Below, piece by piece: positions 57,578 to 64,000 of a stretch of DNA of 64,000 nucleotides. The first letter of the stretch is position 1; each line of letters starts with the position of its first letter. The DNA is from Candidatus Woesearchaeota archaeon UBA489 (lineage in GTDB: Archaea; Nanobdellota; Nanobdellia; SCGC-AAA011-G17; UBA489). The position numbers and the translations under genes were made by a program. The stretch covers positions 11,660 through 75,659 of the forward strand of contig DAVM01000021.1 of the NCBI GenBank assembly GCA_002505585.1, read 5' to 3'. The notes beneath the pieces were generated by a model. That model saw only the letters and a list, made by a program, of their open reading frames with translations, ran no database searches and was not told where the DNA came from.

Positions 57578-60500
57578 ATCTTCAAACTAACAACCTTACT
57601 CATACCAGTCTGCTGCATAGAAACACCATAAATTTGTTCAGCCTCAGAAATAACAGCATCATTATGAGAAATCAAAATATACTGAGCACGGTTAGCATAC
57701 CTAGCAACTAACTTAGACAACAACTCAGAATTCTTCTTATCCAAAGCAGCATCAACCTCATCAAGAATATAAAAAGAACCAGGCTTACATTCCTGAATAG
57801 CAAAAATAAAAGCCAAAGCAGTCATAGTCTTCTCACCACCAGACAAAGACTTAATATCAAGAAACTTATTTCCAAGTAAACGAACACGAATATCAACACC
57901 AGCAGACAAAGGATCATCTTTATCCTCTAAAAGCAACATAGCATCACCCTTAGCAGACAAAGAAGAAAAAATATTAGCAAAATTCTTAGCAATCTCCTTA
58001 AAAGTAGTTAAGAACAAATCCTTCTTCTTACCCTCAATCTCATCAATCATCTCCAAAACATCATCCTTCTCACTCTTCAACTTATCAGCCTTACCTAACA
58101 AAGACTCATACTCTTTAAGAATATCCTCATACACCTCTAAAGCACGTAAATTTACATTCCCAATCTTTTGGATTAATACTTCAAACTTCTTAATATCATC
58201 CTTTAACTTCTCAGCAGAAATCTGTCTTCGTAAAGGAACACCCTTAAACTCTTCAAACTCTTTTTCTAAACCCTCAAGCTCACCAACAATCTTCGCACGA
58301 GCAATAGATTTCTCATTCATACGATTAGCAATCTCCTTAATCTTCATATCCTCAATACTAATACTAGACTCACGCTTTTGTGTTTCTTCATTTAATTTAT
58401 TCCTTCTAACAAACAAATCTTTGTATTCCTTTTTGAATTTTTCAGACTTAGACTCTTTTTCCTTCAAAATCTTACTATGATCCTTCACTAACCCTTCCAA
58501 CTTTTTAGCTTCCTCAACAAAAGAAGTAACCTCTTTATCATGCTGTTTAATAATTTGCAAAGTTTTTTCTTTCTCAGGAAGATAAATATTAGTAATCTGC
58601 GTATCAATATTTTTCATCTCAGTATTTAATTGCACAATTTCTTCACGAGACTTTTGTCTTTTTAATTCCAACTTATCCAAAGTAGCAGCAATTTCAGGAT
58701 GACGAAGATCTTTCATAGAAGCACGCATCTTCTCCTTATCCTTTTTAGCAGTAATTAATTGCAAAGACACAGCAGCAAGATTACTCTCAATATTCTTTAA
58801 ATCATGGAATACTTCATCTTGTACTAAAACATCACGCTCTTGTTTCAAAGCACGAATATCAACAGAACCAATACTCTTCTCAGCCTTAATTAAATCCCCT
58901 TCCAAAACACTTTTCTCTTGACGGAAACGATCAATATCTTGGTGATTTTCAGCTCTTCGCTTTTCCAAAGCAGCCTTTACTTTTTCTAATTTACTAATAG
59001 AAAGTTCCAAATCAGAAGAAGACCCAGCAACAGACTTTTCTTGGAAACCAACACCACGAGACTTATGACGAAAACCACCAATCATAGCACCGGACATCTC
59101 AGTTAAATCACCCTCCAAAGTAACCATACGAGCCTTCCCAACACCAATACGACGAGCAGTATCCAAAGAATCAACAACAACAGCATTACCCAAAGCAAAA
59201 GAAAAAACATTCTTGAACTTAGAATCAAAAGAAACCAAATCAAGAGCATTACCAATAACACCAGAACCACGAACATTAGAAGTTATACGAGCTTTCAATT
59301 TATTAATAGGAAGGAAAGTAGCAGTACCTAATCTTTCTTTTTTGAGAAGCTTAATACACTCAGCAGCAATCTTCTCATCATGCACAACAACATTATTCAT
59401 CCGAGAACCAGCAGCAACTTCTAAAGCTAAAGCATACTTTTTATCAACCTTACCTAGTTGCGAAACAGTACCAAAAATACCAGGATTCTTCAAAGAAAGA
59501 ATTTTCTTCAAAGCAGCATTATTCATCAAAGAACTTTTCCTACCAGCATCTTGCGCTTGGAGAACAAACAACTGCTCTTCCTTCTTCATCAACTCATCCT
59601 TCACTTCACCCAACTGAGAAGCAAAAAAACTATCTTCGTTTAAACATTTTCTTAAAGACTTATCCAAAGAATCAACAGTCTTTTGTAGTTTATCAATACT
59701 CATACCCTTAGTTAAACTTTGCAACCCCTTAATCTTCTCATCCAACTGAGTGATTTGAGCCTCAATCTGGAATTTTCTTTGCAACAACTCTTGCTGCTCA
59801 ACCTGAATTTCTTGCACATTCTTAGATAAATTCTCAACCTCTTTCTCAACATTATCAAAATCACTAGCAGAATCAGCAACACCATGCTTCAACTTGAAAG
59901 CTTTAACCTCCTTAGTATCCTTAGTTTCTTTAGTAGTTAAGACTCTAATTCTTTCATCCAAATCATTCTTAGACTTCTTTAAATCAGTAATAGTATTCTC
60001 AACATCACTCACAGTCTCTTGCAACTGCTTCTTTCTTTCTTGCACCTTAGAAATCTCATTCTTACAAGTGTTTAAACGCTCAGACTGCTTCACCATATCA
60101 GTCTTAATATTCTCTAAATCCTTTTGTAAGAGAACAGACTCTTTCTCGCCCTTCTCTTCAATAGTATGAGCAACATTCTCTAACTCATCCTTCTTTTTTT
60201 GAATAACAACTTTAGTCTCTTTAATCTTAGCATTAATCTTTTCAATATCAACCTCATGCTTTTTAATTTTTGATTCAATCTCTTCTTTCTTTTTAACTTT
60301 CTCAACAATTTGTAAATGCAAAAAAGTAGCTTTATTACTCTTGACATTCTTTTCTAAATCTCTATATTTTACAGCCTGATCACGTTCTTTTTTTAATTCA
60401 CGCAAATAAGATTCACGCTCAGTCAAAATAATAGTAGCCTCATTTAAACGACCATCAACTTTAGTTAATTCACTCATAGCCTTAATCTTACGATCTTCAT

Positions 60501-61011
60501 ACATACTAATACCAGCAATCTCCTCAATCATCTCACGACGATCATCAGTCTTCATCTCCATAAAACGAACAATGTCACCCTGCAAAATAATATTATGACC
60601 ATTAGGATCAACCTTAGCAGAAGACAACACTTCAACCACTTGTTGACGAGTACGTTGCTCACCATTAATCTTGTACACGGACTGACCAGGTTGTTTCAAA
60701 ATACGAGAAATCTTAATCTCTTTATCATCCAAAGGAAACTCTTTTTGATCATTATCAAAAAATATAGAAACTTCAGCTTCCTTCATAGCATTCCCTTTTT
60801 TTCCACCATTCCAAATTAAATTAGCAGACTTTTCAGCACGCATAGACTTAGCAGAAATTTTTCCAAGAACAAAACAGAGAGCATCCATAATGTTAGATTT
60901 ACCAGAACCATTAGGCCCAATAATAGTAGAAAAGCCCTTACTAAACTCCATATCTAAAGGCTTAGCGAAGCTTTTAAAGCCCTTTAAATGCATCTTTTTA
61001 ATCCAAGTCAT
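57574..61011 (-). CDS. smc: SMC chromosome segregation ATPase.
   Basis: N-terminal Walker A IIGPNGSGKSN. Long coiled coils with a hinge. C-terminal signature LSGGEKTMTALAFIFAIQ and Walker B FYILDEVDAALD. Confidence 0.9.
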   Translation of the reverse strand: MTWIKKMHLKGFKSFAKPLDMEFSKGFSTIIGPNGSGKSNIMDALCFVLGKISAKSMRAEKSANLIWNGGKKGNAMKEAEVSIFFDNDQKEFPLDDKEIKISRILKQPGQSVYKINGEQRTRQQVVEVLSSAKVDPNGHNIILQGDIVRFMEMKTDDRREMIEEIAGISMYEDRKIKAMSELTKVDGRLNEATIILTERESYLRELKKERDQAVKYRDLEKNVKSNKATFLHLQIVEKVKKKEEIESKIKKHEVDIEKINAKIKETKVVIQKKKDELENVAHTIEEKGEKESVLLQKDLENIKTDMVKQSERLNTCKNEISKVQERKKQLQETVSDVENTITDLKKSKNDLDERIRVLTTKETKDTKEVKAFKLKHGVADSASDFDNVEKEVENLSKNVQEIQVEQQELLQRKFQIEAQITQLDEKIKGLQSLTKGMSIDKLQKTVDSLDKSLRKCLNEDSFFASQLGEVKDELMKKEEQLFVLQAQDAGRKSSLMNNAALKKILSLKNPGIFGTVSQLGKVDKKYALALEVAAGSRMNNVVVHDEKIAAECIKLLKKERLGTATFLPINKLKARITSNVRGSGVIGNALDLVSFDSKFKNVFSFALGNAVVVDSLDTARRIGVGKARMVTLEGDLTEMSGAMIGGFRHKSRGVGFQEKSVAGSSSDLELSISKLEKVKAALEKRRAENHQDIDRFRQEKSVLEGDLIKAEKSIGSVDIRALKQERDVLVQDEVFHDLKNIESNLAAVSLQLITAKKDKEKMRASMKDLRHPEIAATLDKLELKRQKSREEIVQLNTEMKNIDTQITNIYLPEKEKTLQIIKQHDKEVTSFVEEAKKLEGLVKDHSKILKEKESKSEKFKKEYKDLFVRRNKLNEETQKRESSISIEDMKIKEIANRMNEKSIARAKIVGELEGLEKEFEEFKGVPLRRQISAEKLKDDIKKFEVLIQKIGNVNLRALEVYEDILKEYESLLGKADKLKSEKDDVLEMIDEIEGKKKDLFLTTFKEIAKNFANIFSSLSAKGDAMLLLEDKDDPLSAGVDIRVRLLGNKFLDIKSLSGGEKTMTALAFIFAIQECKPGSFYILDEVDAALDKKNSELLSKLVARYANRAQYILISHNDAVISEAEQIYGVSMQQTGMSKVVSLKI

Positions 61012-61079
61012 TTCCCTTAGAATTGGCAGTTTTGAGCTTTATAAAGGTTACGAGGTAATTTGAGAACAACAAAAATTAG

Positions 61080-61730
61080 TCAAAATTCGTCCAAACCTTT
61101 TTGTTTTTTAGCGTTAGAAAATTTCTTCCAAGAAGCCCAAGACTTACGAAACAAACCAGAATGTTTATCCCAATTATCTCTTAAAAATTGTTGCGTAGTA
61201 GGATCAGAAGGATAACCAGAACCAATGTTGCCAAACTTTTCTTTTAATTTTGTAACAACTTCTTCTCTTAGACATTTAGCCAAAATAGAAGCAGCAGCAC
61301 AAGCAACATAATTTAAGTCAGCTTTGTGTTCAACAATTAACTTAATATCTTTATCAATATGAGGACGAACATAATCTTCATACTTTTTAGGAACAGTAGA
61401 AGGACAATCAAGAATAACAACATCAGGATCAAGTTTTTTAATAATCTCAATAGACTTATCAGCTTCAAGCCAATTCAAATTAGTAGAAGTAGAATCAACA
61501 GCAGCATCAATCTCATCAACAGGAACAGTAATGACGAAGTAATCATCAGCCTCACGTTTAATGAAGTTAGCTAATTTAACACGTTGAGGTTGAGTCAATA
61601 ACTTACTATCTTTAACACCTGCTTCACGGAAGGAATCTTCCTTAGATTTATTTAATAAGACGCCAGCTATGATTAAGGGGCCGATTACTGGGCCACGTGC
61701 AGACTCATCAATACCACAAATTAAAGTCAT
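61080..61730 (-). CDS. rnhB: Ribonuclease HII.
   Basis: N-terminal ICGIDESARGPVIGPL motif. 216 aa. Confidence 0.9.
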   Translation of the reverse strand: MTLICGIDESARGPVIGPLIIAGVLLNKSKEDSFREAGVKDSKLLTQPQRVKLANFIKREADDYFVITVPVDEIDAAVDSTSTNLNWLEADKSIEIIKKLDPDVVILDCPSTVPKKYEDYVRPHIDKDIKLIVEHKADLNYVACAAASILAKCLREEVVTKLKEKFGNIGSGYPSDPTTQQFLRDNWDKHSGLFRKSWASWKKFSNAKKQKGLDEF

Positions 61731-61769
61731 AATTATTATTAGTTCTTTAGTAATTTATAAACATATGGC

Positions 61770-62696
61770 CTATTTTTCTTTAAATTCTTGCAAAAGTTGT
61801 TCCATAGCCTCCTTAGAAGCAGCCTTAGTAAGCTTATCTCTTAAGCTAGGAGAGCCAGGAATACCCTTAGTGAAATGCTGAGCAACCATTTTCCACTTAG
61901 GCAAGCTACCAGAAGGATCCAAAGAGAAGTATTCGAAAATCAAACCAATCTTCTCCTCCTTAGAAGTCTCGATAATCTTCCCAGTCTTGAAAAAATGGAG
62001 AATATCACGAAAAATAAGAGGATTATTCATAGCAGCACGACCAATCATAATAAAATCACAACCAGTAGAATCCAACAACTCTTTAGCAGACTCAGGAGAA
62101 GTAACATCACCATTCCCAATAATAGGAATTGAAACAACATCTTTAGCTTCTTTAATAATACCCCAATCAGCCTTACCAGAATATTTCTGAGCTTGAGTAC
62201 GAGCGTGGAGAGTAATAGCAGCAGCACCAGCATCCTCCATAACTTTGACTAACTTAACAGCCTCAACTTGTTTAAACCCAGAACGCATTTTGACAGTAAT
62301 AGGTTTGTTACAATGTTTAACTAAAACAGCAATAATTTTATGAATACGATCTTTCTCTTTCAACAAAGCAGAACCATACCCTTGAGCAACAACCTTCTTA
62401 GAAGGACACCCAAAATTCAAATCAATAACATCAAAATTAGCACCAACTTTTTTAGCAGCCTCAACCAAAACATCAGGATTACGACCAAACAACTGCAACC
62501 CAACAGGACAATCTTTAGGAGAAGTTACAGCAAAAGACAAACTCTTAAGATTATTTCTTATTAAAGCAACAGCAGAAATTTGTTGAGTGTAAGCCATGGC
62601 AGCACCATACTTCTTACAAAGTAAACGAAAAGGAAGATTAGAAACATCCTCCATAGGAGCTAAGATTAATTTATTTTTGAGTTTAGGGAAATTCAT
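61770..62696 (-). CDS. tRNA-dihydrouridine synthase (Dus family).
   Basis: LAPMEDVSNLPFRLL, DLNFGCPSKKV and the TIM-barrel FMN-binding pattern. Confidence 0.85.
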   Translation of the reverse strand: MNFPKLKNKLILAPMEDVSNLPFRLLCKKYGAAMAYTQQISAVALIRNNLKSLSFAVTSPKDCPVGLQLFGRNPDVLVEAAKKVGANFDVIDLNFGCPSKKVVAQGYGSALLKEKDRIHKIIAVLVKHCNKPITVKMRSGFKQVEAVKLVKVMEDAGAAAITLHARTQAQKYSGKADWGIIKEAKDVVSIPIIGNGDVTSPESAKELLDSTGCDFIMIGRAAMNNPLIFRDILHFFKTGKIIETSKEEKIGLIFEYFSLDPSGSLPKWKMVAQHFTKGIPGSPSLRDKLTKAASKEAMEQLLQEFKEK

Positions 62697-62716
62697 TTTA
62701 GTAAATTAGCTCTTTT

Positions 62717-62902
62717 CTATAGTAAGAAAAGAATATGCTCACCATGTTTTTTAAGACTAACTATATATCTTTGTATTGCATCTTTAATATTTGCAAGAGC
62801 TTCCTCCTTAGTTTTTCCTTCAGAAATACAACCAAGAAAATTTGGGCATTCAACTATGTAAAAATTATCCTCATCTCTTTCCATGATAATCCTATATTTC
62901 AT
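62717..62902 (-). CDS. HicB-family antitoxin-like protein (UPF0150); appears orphaned.
   Basis: YRIIMERDEDNFYIVECPNFLGCISEGKTKEEALANIKDAI matches the HicB N-domain. No intact HicA was found upstream. Confidence 0.7.
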   Translation of the reverse strand: MKYRIIMERDEDNFYIVECPNFLGCISEGKTKEEALANIKDAIQRYIVSLKKHGEHILFLL

Positions 62903-63078
62903 AATCTTTATTTGATTTTTTCTGATTTATATATTCTATGTAAACCTCTGTAAACCTTTCGAAAAGCCCCGGAAATTTTCTGGGAAAAGGTGAAGAAGGC
63001 ATATAAAAACAATACACTTCTTTAGAGAATACCAAAAACTTATAAAGGAATTAATATCATAAAATATTAAATAATAGT

Positions 63079-63309
63079 ATGGATGTTTCAAAATATGAAG
63101 TTAGAATAACCAAACATGCATTTGATTAAGCACTAAAAAGAGGCATACATCTAGACATGATTGAAGAAACACTCTTAAAAGGACAACTGAAAAAATATGG
63201 GAAGTAAGGAGTGAAACTTGTCAAAAAAGGAACGAAGAAAACAATAATTTGTGTTGGAACAATCATAGGAACAACAATAAAAATATTTACTATAGAAGAA
63301 GGCAACTAA
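63079..63309 (+). pseudogene. DUF4258-like toxin-family gene disrupted by two in-frame TAA stops.
   Basis: A single frame gives MDVSKYEVRITKHAFD, stop, ALKRGIHLDMIEETLLKGQLKKYGK, stop, GVKLVKKGTKKTIICVGTIIGTTIKIFTIEEGN. The stops are at 63127-63129 and 63205-63207. Confidence 0.5.
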
Positions 63310-63311
63310 CA

Positions 63312-63614
63312 ATGAAAAACTGTACACAATGTGAAGGGAAGATGAAAGAACACACAGCAAAAACACCAGAGAACATCTCATATAACTATTATAAATGCCA
63401 AAAATGTGGAGAAGAAATAGTAGCAATGAACCAACTTCATAAAGTAGCAGATAAATACAGAACACTAAAAAGATATCAGGTAAAACTTTCAAAATGGGGG
63501 TTAAGCTTAGGGCTAAGAATACCAAAAGAATTAGTGGAATACTACAAATTAAAAGAAGAGAAAAAAGTTGTGATACTACCAGAAAAGAAAGGAATCAAGA
63601 TTATAACAGAATAA
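63312..63614 (+). CDS. Zn-ribbon plus AbrB/SpoVT-like small protein; antitoxin-like partner of the decayed toxin.
   Basis: CTQCEGKM...CQKCGE Zn-ribbon. C-terminal LSKWGLSLGLRIPKELVEYYKLKEEKKVVIL swapped-hairpin-like. Start lies 3 nt after the pseudogene stop. Confidence 0.5.
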   Translation: MKNCTQCEGKMKEHTAKTPENISYNYYKCQKCGEEIVAMNQLHKVADKYRTLKRYQVKLSKWGLSLGLRIPKELVEYYKLKEEKKVVILPEKKGIKIITE

Positions 63615-63684
63615 AAAAATAGCGCGGGAAGGATTTGAACCTTCGACCTCCGGGTTATGAGCCCGACGGACACTCCTGACTGTC
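63610..63684 (-). tRNA. tRNA-Met (anticodon CAT), initiator-like.
   Basis: On the minus strand: acceptor AGCGCGG / CCGCGCT with A1:U72, D-stem GGAC / GTCC, anticodon stem with three G:C pairs, loop CTCATAA, and T-arm GAAGG-TTCAAAT-CCTTC. Confidence 0.85.
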
Positions 63685-63832
63685 CTACCGCGCTAAGCAA
63701 AATAACACAGTAAGACGTTTTTAAAGGTTTGCAAAAAGAGAAAAACTATCATAACTCAAGAATAGTATACACTTACCAAAACATTTATATGGGGGAAAAC
63801 ACCAAAGAAACTTCAAAGGAGGTGTATGGATT

Positions 63833-64000
63833 ATGGCAGGATCACTCGTCTATTTTGTTATAGGACTTATAATTGGGTACTTAGTAGGGAAATCAGGTTC
63901 TAAAAAATCATCAGCTGCAAGATCATCTTCAGCTCCAGTAGCAAGAGCAGCTCCGAAAAGAAGAGCAGCTCCAAAGAGAAGAGCAGCTAAAAGAAGACCA
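63833..64000 (+). CDS. Partial CDS (3' end outside the window): a small membrane protein with a basic AAPKRR-repeat tail.
   Basis: SD-like GGAGGTG lies 8 nt upstream. N-terminal TM LVYFVIGLIIGYLVG followed by RAAPKRRAAPKRRAAKRR repeats. Confidence 0.4.
   Translation, partial: MAGSLVYFVIGLIIGYLVGKSGSKKSSAARSSSAPVARAAPKRRAAPKRRAAKRRP

Noticed and set aside
62903-63060. HicA toxin upstream of HicB.
   Set aside because: Translation of the upstream minus-strand region gives only a 36-aa peptide (MPSSPFPRKFPGLFERF…) with no HicA-like motif. HicB is treated as an orphan.
63175-63525. 116-aa minus-strand ORF.
   Set aside because: It is antisense to the toxin pseudogene and the Zn-ribbon/AbrB gene, and is hydrophobic low complexity. 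Likely spurious.
1-64000. CRISPR arrays, rRNA genes, IS elements with terminal inverted repeats.
   Set aside because: No regularly spaced direct repeats beyond the two-copy promoter duplication at 38734-38837. No rRNA-like conserved blocks. No transposase-like ORFs were recognised.

Overview
This is an AT-rich window (~33% GC) with a strong coding-strand A>>T skew; it looks archaeal and is most likely from a small-genome DPANN-type archaeon. Archaeal markers include an intron-containing tRNA-Trp, an initiator-type tRNA-Met, a SAMP-like ubiquitin-fold protein with a GG C-terminus, RtcB plus archease, a LAGLIDADG intein, FlaI/FlaJ-like pilus genes, BRE/TATA-like promoters and ATGA/TAATG gene overlaps. 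In order along the window: (1) a type IV pilus / Tad-like locus with a FlaI-like ATPase, two split TadC/FlaJ genes and candidate pilin/surface glycoproteins; (2) a divergent KaiC-like ATPase pair plus a degenerate KaiC-like (DUF835-type) protein; (3) an extracytoplasmic disulfide-bond module made of a membrane thioredoxin (CPHC), a VKOR homolog (CIFC), a heavily Cys-rich secreted protein and CorA; (4) an MNT/HEPN pair and a P-type Ca2+-type ATPase; (5) a sulfur-carrier / Fe-S neighbourhood with an E1-like ThiF/UbaA, a ferredoxin-like protein, a CDGSH protein, a SAMP that runs into an NcsA/TtuA-like tRNA thiolase lacking a canonical start, and DUF59-IscU(with intein)-IscS-regulator; (6) several islets of atypical codon usage carrying unknown genes, a frameshifted glutaredoxin with PspC, an AbiE-like wHTH+nucleotidyltransferase pair inserted between rtcB and archease, and decayed toxin-antitoxin remnants next to tRNA-Met; (7) a GTPase / DUF2073-like / Zn-ribbon triad; (8) a ~15 kb same-strand surface-protein island centred on a 2355-aa N-anchored giant protein with two LamG-like domains and many N-glycosylation sequons, followed by paralogous signal-peptide / C-terminal-anchor proteins; (9) housekeeping SMC, RNase HII and tRNA-dihydrouridine synthase. 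No CRISPR array or rRNA was seen. Most minus-strand Leu/Phe-rich ORFs in the six-frame track are antisense artefacts of the A-rich coding strand.
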